Positions 21,108 through 31,185 of a stretch of 63,578 nt of DNA are shown here, piece by piece. The stretch lies in IMG/VR virus record IMGVR_UViG_3300030497_000009; one strand, 5' to 3'. Positions within the stretch are counted from its first letter, which is position 1, and each line of letters starts with the position of its first letter. Made by a program: the position numbers and the translations under genes. The DNA is from a virus. The notes under the pieces are model-generated. The model did no database searches and was not told the DNA's origin. It saw only the letters and a program-made list of their open reading frames with translations.

Positions 21108-21426
21108 ATGCAATCGTTTGTTAGTAAAAGCTTTTGGAGTTGATAGAAACGGAGAATGTGCGTATGCGGAAAACGAGAACTTCACCGCGAAAGGCTGTAC
21201 AGGCGAAGCCGGTAAGTGTGGTTGTACGCATGCTGAGATTAACCTATTGAAGAAGATACCTGAGCCGTACTACGTATTTGTTTCTCACTCCCCATGCCTG
21301 AACTGTGCTATCGCGTTGGACAAGGCAGGGGTACCTGTAGTAGAGTATTTCCATGAATACCGAATAAAAGATGGGATTGAGTTCCTACGCTCGAAAGGTA
21401 TATTAATTAAGCAAATGCTTAGATAG
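21100..21426 (+). CDS. Short dCMP deaminase-like protein
   Basis: Zn-deaminase motifs HAE and SPCLNCA; YFHEYR..DG. Confidence 0.8.
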   Translation: MSKCNRLLVKAFGVDRNGECAYAENENFTAKGCTGEAGKCGCTHAEINLLKKIPEPYYVFVSHSPCLNCAIALDKAGVPVVEYFHEYRIKDGIEFLRSKGILIKQMLR

Positions 21427-21435
21427 GAGAATTGA

Positions 21436-21633
21436 ATGAACAATCAGCTGTTTAATACGATAGTAAGTATTCAGCAAGATATCTATACGAACCACGGAAA
21501 CCTACGAACGGATGTTCATTACCAAGAAGGGTATGGAGCTATCTTTGTACGAGAAGGGCAAACGCTCCACCCTGCTAATATCCTAACTGCCGTTTCTGAA
21601 CAGGAACTATTCTTAAGAAGCCACTTTATGTAA
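21436..21633 (+). CDS. Hypothetical protein
   Basis: AGGAG RBS, 65 aa. Confidence 0.6.
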   Translation: MNNQLFNTIVSIQQDIYTNHGNLRTDVHYQEGYGAIFVREGQTLHPANILTAVSEQELFLRSHFM

Positions 21634-21672
21634 TTGGCTTCTTTTTCTTTTGACATTTTTCCCAGAAAGTTG

Positions 21673-21701
21673 TTGAATTGTGTATTTTTATTTAGTATGA
21701 T
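21673..21701 (+). promoter_or_regulatory. SigmaA-like early promoter
   Basis: TTGAAT-N17-TATGAT; same architecture as copies at 35036, 53009, 61315 and 61954. Confidence 0.7.
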
Positions 21702-21755
21702 AATGTTGTAGCCGAGATAAGCTACTAATAACCGAGTTAAAAAGGAGAGGTTAAG

Positions 21756-22115
21756 ATGAGAAAGTATAAACGCGGTGAGACGATTTATGTTGCGAGTGGT
21801 TCCCAGTATAGTCTTCCTAACGAGCGTATTGTTGAAACGGTTAAGCGTGATGGAACTTACAGAGTAAAGGACACCGATCCTACAAACCTTCATCGTTGGA
21901 TTGTAAAGCCTATGTTTATCATCCCTACGAAAGAAGAGTTTGAAATTGAATGCGAAGTGGTTCTTGCTAGAATCGAAGAGCATAAGAAAATGCACCCAGA
22001 ATACTACGATGAAAGCATCGTTCCGTTCCCTACGATAGATAGAGAGCGTTACTATAGAATGAATGGCGATCCTATGATTCCTGAAACCCAACATAACTCG
22101 AAGTGGGGTAAGTAA
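21756..22115 (+). CDS. Hypothetical early protein
   Basis: Strong AAGGAGAGG RBS, 119 aa. Confidence 0.7.
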   Translation: MRKYKRGETIYVASGSQYSLPNERIVETVKRDGTYRVKDTDPTNLHRWIVKPMFIIPTKEEFEIECEVVLARIEEHKKMHPEYYDESIVPFPTIDRERYYRMNGDPMIPETQHNSKWGK

Positions 22116-22237
22116 GTTGTCTGGGCAACTATAAAAAGTCCTTTAAGCCTAGAGCGTTCCTGAAGTGGTTATCCCACTTCTAGGAGGTGGGAGAAAATCC
22201 TAAACTTATCGAGTCAAAAAAGGAGAGGTAACAAAGG

Positions 22238-22435
22238 ATGAGCAAGCGTATCTATCTAAACAATATTGAAAGCGTTACAGTATTTGATGAAGGATTTATC
22301 GTAGTATTCAAAGCTATTGGAGCCAAAGTTGTAGGTAAGTGCGTTGGTGAGTCTGACGTAATAACGAAAGCAGAAGCGCAACAGTTTGTTTATGAAAAAT
22401 ACAAAAATAAGGCTGGTTACAGCGTTATTATATAA
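22238..22435 (+). CDS. Hypothetical early protein
   Basis: AAGGAGAGG RBS, 65 aa. Confidence 0.65.
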   Translation: MSKRIYLNNIESVTVFDEGFIVVFKAIGAKVVGKCVGESDVITKAEAQQFVYEKYKNKAGYSVII

Positions 22436-22464
22436 AATCGAGAATATAAAAGGAGAGATTTTAA

Positions 22465-22635
22465 ATGACAAGTTTACGTTATGTTTTACAGTACAAAGAG
22501 GTAATTGGAGAATTTAGTCTTCGCACTAACTTAAAGGTGGTTGGCACAAAGTATATGAACGAGCAAGTCCACTTCTTGTTTAGTGACGGTGAGTATTATA
22601 CGGTAAAAGCGATGGAAGACACTAACCTGTCTTAA
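22465..22635 (+). CDS. Hypothetical 56-aa protein (not in ORF track)
   Basis: AAGGAGAG RBS; reads MTSLRYVLQYKEVIGEF...EDTNLS*. Confidence 0.6.
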   Translation: MTSLRYVLQYKEVIGEFSLRTNLKVVGTKYMNEQVHFLFSDGEYYTVKAMEDTNLS

Positions 22636-22659
22636 ACAACTAAATTAATTATAAATAAC

Positions 22660-22689
22660 AGCCCACTCGTACCTATGAGTGGGTTTTTT
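22660..22689 (+). terminator. Rho-independent terminator
   Basis: AGCCCACTC/GAGTGGGTT stem plus T-run. Confidence 0.75.
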
Positions 22690-22699
22690 CGTGTACAAA

Positions 22700-22732
22700 A
22701 GAGTAAATTGTGTTCGACGATTCTTTAATTAG
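22700..22732 (+). promoter_or_regulatory. Phage-specific promoter motif
   Basis: AGAGTA-N21-AATTAG. Confidence 0.55.
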
Positions 22733-22754
22733 GTAAGACGAATTTTAAACTGGG

Positions 22755-24011
22755 GTGAACGGGTTGAATTTAGTGGAGAAAATTTGTAGTTTTGGAAGTA
22801 TGGCGATCCCGGATGAGGTTTGGTATCATCCTGAATTAAAGCCTACTGACATTAAACTCTATAAGGTACTTATGGATTATGGAAAATTAATATTTGGATT
22901 CTCGAATGGGAAGAAAACGTCTGATGGTGAACCAATCATCGACGTTTCACAACAGACACTAGGCGAAAAGGTTGGAGTGTCTGATAAAACAATTCAAAAG
23001 TGTTTAGCTCGTTTGAAGAAGGTGAAGTTGATTGACATCGATGACCTTCGAGGATTCAAACGAAATAACCTTATCACCCTTATAGGCGAGTTCTTTGGTA
23101 TTAAGCGAGAGCCTAAACAAGAAGCTTCTGACTTCGTTAAGAAAGCTGAGCAGAAGCGTAAAGAAGTCCTTGAAGGGCAAAAACAACCTAAGGAGAAGAA
23201 GGGGCTGTTGACTGTGGAGAAACTACCTGTCGTTCGAAAATCGATTAAACGTGTTCCAATCAAGATACCGTTTAATATGTTGATGGAAATGAAGTTGCGA
23301 GAAATGGGTGGCTATACGTCGGCTGAGAAGCGAGTTATTGAGATAGCTGAGCATTACGATATGCTTGTCTCTAAGCATGCTAACCGTTCTTTCCACCGTT
23401 CGCTACCTAAAGAAGACAAAACAGAAGGCAAGCACTGGAAGTCATTTATGAAGCTCTACGATTTATGTAAAGAAAAGGGCTGGGATCCGAAGCTATTCCT
23501 TGAAGTTCAGTTTACGAAAGCGAAACGACACTGGAAGAAAGTACGATACCCGTTTCCGAATATGTTATGCTCTGAGAACGCTCAGAAGAGTTTTGAGAGA
23601 CACCAGTTGGAATATAAAGAGAAATATAAGAACGAACGATTTGGCGCTGAGAAAGCCCAAGAGACGATTTCATTGGACAAACGTATTATTAAAGAAATTA
23701 TGCATACGGCTAGCTTTTTACCGATGTACACACACGGAGATACAGACCGTGATAGACAAGAAGCGAAAGCCATTCGTATCTTTGACGCTTGGGAAGAGTG
23801 TTCCCCGTTCTACCTTTGGAGTATCCCTTGGTTTGACCGCCTTCTAAAAGAACAAGCAGAAATGTACCCTGATAATAAGAAGATTAAAGAAACGCAAGAG
23901 CTATTCGCGATGATTAATAAATCGAAGCGTATACAGAAAGTCATACTGGCTGCTGTAGAAGTTGTTGAGAGAAAATATGACATACCTAAAAACATTGACA
24001 TCGGGGCGTAA
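22755..24011 (+). CDS. Winged-HTH replication initiator/helicase-loader-like protein
   Basis: IPDEVWYHPELKPTDIKLY..VSQQTLGEKVGVSDKTIQKCLARLKKVKLI HTH. Lies immediately before the replicative helicase. Confidence 0.65.
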   Translation: MNGLNLVEKICSFGSMAIPDEVWYHPELKPTDIKLYKVLMDYGKLIFGFSNGKKTSDGEPIIDVSQQTLGEKVGVSDKTIQKCLARLKKVKLIDIDDLRGFKRNNLITLIGEFFGIKREPKQEASDFVKKAEQKRKEVLEGQKQPKEKKGLLTVEKLPVVRKSIKRVPIKIPFNMLMEMKLREMGGYTSAEKRVIEIAEHYDMLVSKHANRSFHRSLPKEDKTEGKHWKSFMKLYDLCKEKGWDPKLFLEVQFTKAKRHWKKVRYPFPNMLCSENAQKSFERHQLEYKEKYKNERFGAEKAQETISLDKRIIKEIMHTASFLPMYTHGDTDRDRQEAKAIRIFDAWEECSPFYLWSIPWFDRLLKEQAEMYPDNKKIKETQELFAMINKSKRIQKVILAAVEVVERKYDIPKNIDIGA

Positions 24012-24037
24012 ACTTTGCGAACGATTGCTTTAGTTAG
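24005..24037 (+). promoter_or_regulatory. Phage-specific promoter motif
   Basis: GGCGTA-N21-AGTTAG then GTTGTAAG. Confidence 0.55.
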
Positions 24038-24067
24038 GTTGTAAGTAGGTAAAGGAGGGAATACCCC

Positions 24068-25519
24068 TTGGCAGGAGTTTACGAGTTTTCTCCGTCCTTT
24101 CAAGAAAAGATACTTTCTATGATTTGGCGAGAACCAACGTTTTATACGATTTACAAAGAGTGTGTAAAGCCACAGTACTTCGAGAGTGATGTTCATATTG
24201 ATTTAGCGAGGGTGTTTAACGATTATTACGAAAAATATCAAGTGCAACCCTCTCCTGAAGTCATCCAAGAAGAGGTACGAAAGCTAACTGCCCACTCGAA
24301 AGTTAAGAAAGAGAAAGAAAAAGATTATCTGGAGTGTGTTGACCGGTTAATGAATATGGATTTAGCGGATAGGGCTTACGTTCAAGATAGCGCGATTGCG
24401 TTTGGTAAGAAACAAGCTCTGACGGAAGCAATCCTAAAATCGGTTGATGACCTACAGAAAGCGAAAGACTTCAGTATTATCGAAAAGCGAATAAAAGAAG
24501 CCAACCAAGTTGGTGAAAACATCGGTGATTTAGGTACTGACTACTTTGAAACGATTAACGCCCGTATGCCGGTGTACCACGAGCGAGACGCTGAGAAGAT
24601 CAAAACTGGTATCGATAAAGTTGACCAGCTGATGGCTGGAGGGCTTGGACGTGGTGAACTTGGAATTGTTATCGCACCTCCGGGAACTGGTAAAACTTTA
24701 TCCCTAGTAAACTTCGGTGCGGCTGGTGTTAACCAAGGTAAAAACGTTGCCCACTTCTCTCTGGAGATGAGTGAACAACGCGTAACGCAACGTTATGATA
24801 GCACGTTTACGAACAAAGACTTTGCGTATATTCGTGATAACCAAGATAGCGTTGCGAAAGCTCTTGGTATGATTAAGAAGGTTCGTAAAGGTAGGTTGAA
24901 AGTAAAGTCGTTCCCGACCCGTACTTGTACGGTTGACATGATTAAAGCGTACTTGACGAAAGTTAAGTTGGCTGATGGGTTCGTACCTGACGTAATCATC
25001 ATTGACTATCCCGACTTATTACGTCCTACATCGACGTACAGCGAACGTAGAACAGAGCTTGAAATCTTATACGAAGAACTACGTGGATTGGCTCAAGAGT
25101 TCGATGCGGCTATGTGGGGGGCGTCACAAACGAACCGTGGAGCGCTTGAAAAGAAAGTTGTCACTATCGCTGACTTGGCTGAATCGTTTGGTAAAGCTGC
25201 TGTAGCTGACTTTATGATTGCGATTTCTCAAACGAAAGAAGAAAAGAAAAACAACGAGCTACGTTACTATATCGCGAAGTCTCGTAATGGTGAATCTGAT
25301 TTTACTGTTCACTGTGATGTCTTCTACGATAAGATGCGTGTCCGTTCGAACGCTGAACGACAGCTAGCCTTTGAGCTTCAAGAAGATGACGAAGATGATG
25401 GTGGAGATAACAAGAAGCGTGGTAAACGTATGGAGCGCGAAATAAAAGCGAAGAAGGAATCTGAAGGTAACGTTATGAAAGACGTTATGGAAATTATGAA
25501 GAATAAGGAGAGTAGCTAA
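24068..25519 (+). CDS. DnaB-like replicative helicase
   Basis: APPGTGKT Walker A, FSLEMS, IIIDYPD, ASQTNR and IAKSRNG motifs. Confidence 0.92.
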   Translation: MAGVYEFSPSFQEKILSMIWREPTFYTIYKECVKPQYFESDVHIDLARVFNDYYEKYQVQPSPEVIQEEVRKLTAHSKVKKEKEKDYLECVDRLMNMDLADRAYVQDSAIAFGKKQALTEAILKSVDDLQKAKDFSIIEKRIKEANQVGENIGDLGTDYFETINARMPVYHERDAEKIKTGIDKVDQLMAGGLGRGELGIVIAPPGTGKTLSLVNFGAAGVNQGKNVAHFSLEMSEQRVTQRYDSTFTNKDFAYIRDNQDSVAKALGMIKKVRKGRLKVKSFPTRTCTVDMIKAYLTKVKLADGFVPDVIIIDYPDLLRPTSTYSERRTELEILYEELRGLAQEFDAAMWGASQTNRGALEKKVVTIADLAESFGKAAVADFMIAISQTKEEKKNNELRYYIAKSRNGESDFTVHCDVFYDKMRVRSNAERQLAFELQEDDEDDGGDNKKRGKRMEREIKAKKESEGNVMKDVMEIMKNKESS

Positions 25520-25520
25520 T

Positions 25521-26609
25521 ATGAAATTTGTATCTTTCAGTGATTTGCACGCGCACAACTTTGCTGACTTTTCGCAGGTTGATGACGTAACGGGAAATAG
25601 TAGGCTAACAGACATCGTAGGATGTCTGGATAGCATTTTGGAATACTGCTTGGAGCATGATATTAAGTGGGTACTAGATGCCGGTGATATCTTCCATAAG
25701 CGTAAAGCGGTTGACACACCTATTATGAATATTGTGTATAACAAAATTCGTAACTTTAGCAGACACGGTATCCGAGTGGTAATGATTCCTGGCAATCACA
25801 CCCAGTACGATAACTCCGACTTGCCTGAACACTCTATTGAGCAATTTAAAGAGATTGATGGAGTTCACGTGCTTGACCGGTTTGAACCGTTCTACGTTTA
25901 TGACAGCGACGACTGGGATGAGGATATTATGATTTACCCTGTGCCGTACTCGAAGAACGCTGAAATGGTTAAGAAAGAGATTGATAGATACGCTTTCCAA
26001 ACTGTTAATGAAGGAATTGAGAAGAACTCGATCCTACTTGGTCACATGGGTATCTCCGGTGCGTTTGTAGGTAAAAGCTCTTATGCGATGGCTGATGCGT
26101 TTACGGTTGAAGACCTCTTCCCCCATGCTTTCCGATTCGTTTCGCTAGGGCATTTTCATAAACGTCAAGATTTGGGTGGCTACAGTCATGTGTTTTATAA
26201 TGGAGCACCGATTCAACATAACTTTAACGATGAAGGGCAAGACAAAGGTTTCTACGTATTAGACATGGCTACAGGTGAGAAAGAATTTGTTGCGATCCCT
26301 AATCCAAAGTTCATGACTATTGAAGTTGACGAGCTGAACGATGAAGTGCTAGCCGAGCTAGAAGAGAAAACGAAAGGCAACTATGTTCGTTATCGTGTAT
26401 CTGCTAATCATGCTCATGAGCTATCCGAGAAGCTTCCTGAAGGTTCGAAACACCGAATGGAAGTACAAAAAGATTATGATGGTGAAAAACGTATTGACGT
26501 TGACATCGATGACTCTTACGAAGAAATCATTAAAAAGTATGCGGAAGAGTTTAATCCTGAAGCGCTTGCTGTTGGTTTAGAAATCTTTCGAGACTCACAA
26601 ACTAAATAA
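25521..26609 (+). CDS. SbcD/Mre11-like nuclease
   Basis: SDLH, AGDIFH, PGNH and LGHFH metallophosphoesterase motifs. Confidence 0.92.
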   Translation: MKFVSFSDLHAHNFADFSQVDDVTGNSRLTDIVGCLDSILEYCLEHDIKWVLDAGDIFHKRKAVDTPIMNIVYNKIRNFSRHGIRVVMIPGNHTQYDNSDLPEHSIEQFKEIDGVHVLDRFEPFYVYDSDDWDEDIMIYPVPYSKNAEMVKKEIDRYAFQTVNEGIEKNSILLGHMGISGAFVGKSSYAMADAFTVEDLFPHAFRFVSLGHFHKRQDLGGYSHVFYNGAPIQHNFNDEGQDKGFYVLDMATGEKEFVAIPNPKFMTIEVDELNDEVLAELEEKTKGNYVRYRVSANHAHELSEKLPEGSKHRMEVQKDYDGEKRIDVDIDDSYEEIIKKYAEEFNPEALAVGLEIFRDSQTK

Positions 26610-26624
26610 TTTGGAGGGTATTAT

Positions 26625-28529
26625 ATGTTTTTAGAATCTGTGGAAGCCGAAAACTTTTTGTCATATAAGAAATTTAAGATGAAGCTTGAAGACCAAGGGC
26701 TTGTCTTGATACAAGGAGATAACCGAGACGATCCTGCTTATGACTCAAACGGGGCTGGTAAGTCATCTTCCTTTGAAGCGATTGTTCATACTATCTATGG
26801 TAAGACGATGCGTGGACTAAAAGGTGATGACGTAATTAACCTAGATGCTGGAAAGGGCTGTATGACAGCCCTGAACTGTCGGGATGACAGCGGTGCGAAA
26901 TATCGCGTTGAACGGTATAGAAAGCATAAGACTGGAAAGAACAATGTGTTCATCTATCGTAATGACGAGAATATCACACCTAAAAGTACGAAAGATGCGG
27001 ATAAGTTCCTTGCTGAGCTTTTTAGTATTGATTTCCAGACGTTTACCAACTCGATTATCTTTGGTCAAGGGGATGAGATAGCTAGGTTCTCAACGGCTTC
27101 TGACTCTGAGAAGAAAGACATTTTGGAAAAGATTTTGGAAATGACTGTGTTTAAATCCGCACAAGAAGAAGCAAAAGCAAGACTAGCAGAGAAAACAACG
27201 GCTATCTCGACGAATGAACGTAACACTTCTCAAGCGCTTGGGTTAATCGACGAATACAAGAGTGCCCTCGAAAAGCTACGCGACGCAGAGAGAAAAAACC
27301 TTGCCGATATCGATGAGCAGATTACACTTATGAAAGCTCAACACGACCTTCATGAAAGTGAGAGCGTTAAGTTGGCTGCCCAAGCGACTGACTACGAGAC
27401 TGAAGCCGAAAAGGTAGAAGCTAAACTCTCTGAAGTTAATGAGAAGCTTTCTAAGTATAAAAAGATTCAAGAGCTAATCGATAAACAGAATAGTGTTGTA
27501 ACCGGCTCGAAAGTTGAAATCCGACACTTTAACTCTGAGCTCCTTTCGTTAAAAGATGAAGTGACGAAGCTTAAGAATGGTGAAGGAACGAACTGCCCTG
27601 CGTGCGGTCAAGAGGTAACGGCTGAAACGGTTAAACCTTCTATAGACCATACGACAGCGAAGATGCGTGAAATTATGCTGAAACGTAAAGCGACACAAGA
27701 ACATTTAGACAAAAATGAGTTACTTCTTGAAGGGTTAAAAAAGAAACTTGCAGGAAAAGACATATTAGAGCAGGAAAAGAATGACATCGTGGGAGAACTT
27801 TCTGAACTCAAGGCTTCTATTAGGGTAAGCGATGAAAAACTAAGAAACGTAGAGTCAAAGAAGAAAACGACTTTAGAGTTGATTGAACGCTTAGAGAAAA
27901 ACCGTGACAAAACGTATAAACCACTAATTAATGAAAAAGAACAGCAACTTGCCGACAAAGAGAAGCACGTTGAAGAATTAACTACTCAACGGAGGGAGCT
28001 AGTTAAGGAAGCCGAGCTGATTGAGTTCTGGGTGAGTGCTTACGGTAACTCTGGTGTTAAATCGTACCTACTTGACTCTGTTACGCCTTATCTTACGAAG
28101 CGTGCGAACTATTACGCAGGTAAGCTTTGCGGTAACACCGTTGAAATTATTTTTTCTACGCAGAAACAGCTTAAGAGTGGAGAAACACGAGACAAGTTTG
28201 AAGTACAGATTACGAATACCGTTGGTGGAGCTTCTTACTTGGCTAACTCAACGGGTGAACGTAGACGTATTGACCTAGCTATCTCGTTAGCTCTACAAGA
28301 CCTTGTGATGACTCGTTCGAAGGGTAAACTGAACGTCTTACTCTATGACGAAGCCTTTGACGGGCTGGATGCTACTGGTTGTGAAAACTTAATCCAGTTG
28401 CTACAAGAGTTGTCCACAAGAGTTGGTTCGATATACGTAATTACTCACAACGACGCGCTGAAAGCTTTCTTTGACAATCAGATTACGGTTGTTAAATCGA
28501 ATGGAGAAACGCAACTTGTGTTAAGTTAG
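26625..28529 (+). CDS. SbcC/Rad50-like ATPase
   Basis: NGAGKSS, coiled coil with CPACG zinc hook, STGE signature, LLYDE, ITH. Confidence 0.92.
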   Translation: MFLESVEAENFLSYKKFKMKLEDQGLVLIQGDNRDDPAYDSNGAGKSSSFEAIVHTIYGKTMRGLKGDDVINLDAGKGCMTALNCRDDSGAKYRVERYRKHKTGKNNVFIYRNDENITPKSTKDADKFLAELFSIDFQTFTNSIIFGQGDEIARFSTASDSEKKDILEKILEMTVFKSAQEEAKARLAEKTTAISTNERNTSQALGLIDEYKSALEKLRDAERKNLADIDEQITLMKAQHDLHESESVKLAAQATDYETEAEKVEAKLSEVNEKLSKYKKIQELIDKQNSVVTGSKVEIRHFNSELLSLKDEVTKLKNGEGTNCPACGQEVTAETVKPSIDHTTAKMREIMLKRKATQEHLDKNELLLEGLKKKLAGKDILEQEKNDIVGELSELKASIRVSDEKLRNVESKKKTTLELIERLEKNRDKTYKPLINEKEQQLADKEKHVEELTTQRRELVKEAELIEFWVSAYGNSGVKSYLLDSVTPYLTKRANYYAGKLCGNTVEIIFSTQKQLKSGETRDKFEVQITNTVGGASYLANSTGERRRIDLAISLALQDLVMTRSKGKLNVLLYDEAFDGLDATGCENLIQLLQELSTRVGSIYVITHNDALKAFFDNQITVVKSNGETQLVLS

Positions 28530-28546
28530 ATAAAGGAAGTGAGCGT

Positions 28547-28813
28547 ATGTTATTCGACGCAGAGCGTGAAGAGGTTTTAAAGAATCGAAAAATGTTGTTA
28601 ACTGAGCAAGCGAAGCTCTGGGATAATCACTGTGATAAGTGTGAAGACTTCTACCAAGGGAAGAAAGATGGTGTTATCCCTGCGACGAAGTTTAAAGACT
28701 CGAATAATCCCGTTTGCGATGTATGTCCAATCGATATTCGAATGAAAGAAATTGGTAAAGAGCTAGCTGAGCTCATGCTTCAGGATAGAGCTTTACGAGG
28801 GGTTGAAAAGTAA
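28547..28813 (+). CDS. Small zinc-finger protein
   Basis: CDKC...CDVCP. Confidence 0.6.
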   Translation: MLFDAEREEVLKNRKMLLTEQAKLWDNHCDKCEDFYQGKKDGVIPATKFKDSNNPVCDVCPIDIRMKEIGKELAELMLQDRALRGVEK

Positions 28814-29829
28814 TGTCGTTTATCCACTATGTTGAATCTTTACTTGGAGAAGCAAAGTGGAATACGTCGGAAATGGAAGCTTCGTGGAATTGCCCGTTCT
28901 GTACGTCTCGTGGAGAGACAGAGGATACGAAAGAACGTTTCCGAATGAACAGAGTGAAGCTTCTAGGCGTTTGTTACAACTGTGGCTGGGGTGGTAATGC
29001 GGTATCGTTCGTGCGTGACTATCAAGGGTTAACTTGGGCTGAATCGCTGGACGTAGTTAACTTTTATACCGACTTCACCCCATTACCGCAAGATGTATTC
29101 GACGAAGTTTTTGACAGGATCTACTTAGAAGGTAAAGATGTTGGAATAACGAAAAAAGTAATACCTTTACCGAGTGATTACAAGTTGTTAGCTGGTTCGA
29201 CCTCGATGATGGCTGATCCTTTCAGAAAGTACGCTGAGAGTCGTTTATTAACTGAAAAGCAGATAGACCTTCACGGAATAGGTTTCTGTCCTGAAGGCGA
29301 AATGAAGCTTCCTAACGGTGACACGATTTATTTACGAAATCGGTTAGTCACTCAGGTGTTCGGTGATAACGGTGAACCGCAGTACTGGATGGGGCGTGCT
29401 ATTCGAGATATGAAGCCGAAAACGTTAAACCCAACAGGGGGACTGAATACACTTAATAAGTCTGACGTGATATTTAACCTTAACAACGCGAAAAAGACAG
29501 GTGTAGCCGTCCTTACAGAGGGTGTATTCGATGCTACAACGATTGGTAATTCAGGTATAGCTCTTTTCGGTAAAACGATGAGCGCGAAACAGCTCTTGTT
29601 GCTTATTAAAGCTGAGTTCCGAAAGATATTTGTAATGCTAGACGGTGATGCGATTAAAAACGCGTTCCATATATGCGATACGTTAAGTAAGCATATCCCA
29701 GAAGTTTATTTTTGTTATACTGGAAATGCCGACCCGAATGAGCTTGGTAGAAAGGGTTGTCTTGAAGTTCTTAAGAACGCTGAACGGTATAACAAATTGA
29801 CTTCTTTAAAATATAAACTATCGATGTAG
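28813..29829 (+). CDS. DNA primase
   Basis: CPFC..CYNC zinc finger; TOPRIM motifs TEGVFDA and MLDGDA. Confidence 0.9.
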   Translation: MSFIHYVESLLGEAKWNTSEMEASWNCPFCTSRGETEDTKERFRMNRVKLLGVCYNCGWGGNAVSFVRDYQGLTWAESLDVVNFYTDFTPLPQDVFDEVFDRIYLEGKDVGITKKVIPLPSDYKLLAGSTSMMADPFRKYAESRLLTEKQIDLHGIGFCPEGEMKLPNGDTIYLRNRLVTQVFGDNGEPQYWMGRAIRDMKPKTLNPTGGLNTLNKSDVIFNLNNAKKTGVAVLTEGVFDATTIGNSGIALFGKTMSAKQLLLLIKAEFRKIFVMLDGDAIKNAFHICDTLSKHIPEVYFCYTGNADPNELGRKGCLEVLKNAERYNKLTSLKYKLSM

Positions 29830-29840
29830 GGGTGTAGAAA

Positions 29841-30308
29841 ATGAAACAGTTACCTTGGTTGCCTTACTTTTCTGAATCTGGGTACGAGCTTAAATATGGT
29901 CACAAAGGTGACGCTGGCTTGGATTTACCGATTTGGGATAAGGATTATGGTGAAAAGATTATCATAATGCCAGGAGATTCCATTCTAGTCAAAACAGGGG
30001 TTTACATGAAAATTCCTGAAGGCAATTTTGGTTTCCTAGACACAAGAAGCTCGACTTCAAAATTGAAGTTGGATTTACTTTGTAGGACTATTGATGAACC
30101 GTATACGGGAAATATTCGTCTTTCACTAATTAACCTGAATAGTGAACCCGTAACGATTACGCAAGGACAACGTGTAGCGCAGATTATTATTAAGCAGTAT
30201 ACAGAAGTTGAGCCGGTTCCATCACCTGACCTAGAAGACTTCCTGATTATCGCTGGCCAAACTTCTCGTGGTGACAAAGGCTTTGGAAGTACAGGTGGAA
30301 ACGTATAA
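29841..30308 (+). CDS. dut: Trimeric dUTPase
   Basis: GDAGLDL, TRSS, TIDEPYTG, RVAQ and RGDKGFGSTG motifs. Confidence 0.93.
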   Translation: MKQLPWLPYFSESGYELKYGHKGDAGLDLPIWDKDYGEKIIIMPGDSILVKTGVYMKIPEGNFGFLDTRSSTSKLKLDLLCRTIDEPYTGNIRLSLINLNSEPVTITQGQRVAQIIIKQYTEVEPVPSPDLEDFLIIAGQTSRGDKGFGSTGGNV

Positions 30309-30325
30309 TAAGGGAGGAAACTTAA

Positions 30326-30529
30326 ATGTTGAAAAAGTTAGCTCTAAGTGGTCTATTGGTAGTTAGTGTTGTTTCGATGGCTGGTTGTACGATTGAAGAA
30401 CAAAAGATTGTGTACAAAGGTAAGTCGATCCCTGTTTCTGAAGCTGAAGAGCGTATTGCTGACCAGCTTGAGGTAGATAACCCAGATATGGATATCGAAG
30501 TTGACATCTACGAAGAAGACGATGAGTAA
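30326..30529 (+). CDS. Small lipoprotein
   Basis: Signal peptide with lipobox MAGC. Confidence 0.7.
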   Translation: MLKKLALSGLLVVSVVSMAGCTIEEQKIVYKGKSIPVSEAEERIADQLEVDNPDMDIEVDIYEEDDE

Positions 30530-30540
30530 GGAGTGAGCCC

Positions 30541-31185
30541 ATGGGATATTTACCTCAAGGACATGGCTTCATAGAAGTGATAACAGGTCCTATGTTTGCT
30601 GACAAGACTACGACATTTCTACGAGCTATTGAAAGAGCCACGATTGGTGGTAAAGTTGCGATGGTATTTAAGCCTGATGTAGATACCCGTGATGAGGAAG
30701 ACGTAATTGGAACGCATAATGGTGACGGGTTATATGCTACGACGATTCCAGTGGACAACCCTAGATTAATATTGGAGGAAGTTGATAAATACCCTTCTGC
30801 TGATCCTATTGGTATCGATGAAGGGCAGTTTTTCTCTGATGAACTCGTAGATGTCGTTGAGATACTTGCGAACGCTGGAAAGCGCGTGATTATCACTGGA
30901 GTTGACATGGATTACCGTTGTCTTCCGTGGAGTCCCATGGATAAGCTTATGGCTGTTGCCGAAATAGTACATAAGCAAACTGCCGTGTGTGAACAGTGTG
31001 GTAAACCAGCTAGTAAAATACAACGATTCACCAACGGTAAGCTATCCCGATGGGATGAACCGACTGTTGTCATTGGAGATAAAGAACCAAAAGAACATGA
31101 AGAGCTAAAAGTTAAGCACTCTTACGAGCCTAGATGCCGTGACTGTTGGAAAACGCCACCTAAATTGTTGGGAGGAAACAAATGA
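30541..31185 (+). CDS. tdk: Thymidine kinase
   Basis: GPMFADKT, IGIDEGQFF, CEQC...YEPRCRDC. Confidence 0.92.
   Translation: MGYLPQGHGFIEVITGPMFADKTTTFLRAIERATIGGKVAMVFKPDVDTRDEEDVIGTHNGDGLYATTIPVDNPRLILEEVDKYPSADPIGIDEGQFFSDELVDVVEILANAGKRVIITGVDMDYRCLPWSPMDKLMAVAEIVHKQTAVCEQCGKPASKIQRFTNGKLSRWDEPTVVIGDKEPKEHEELKVKHSYEPRCRDCWKTPPKLLGGNK

Noticed and set aside
22115-22141. preQ1-I riboswitch
   Set aside because: Stem plus A-rich tail look similar, but the loop is too short, lacks the conserved ligand-binding residues, and no queuosine genes are nearby.
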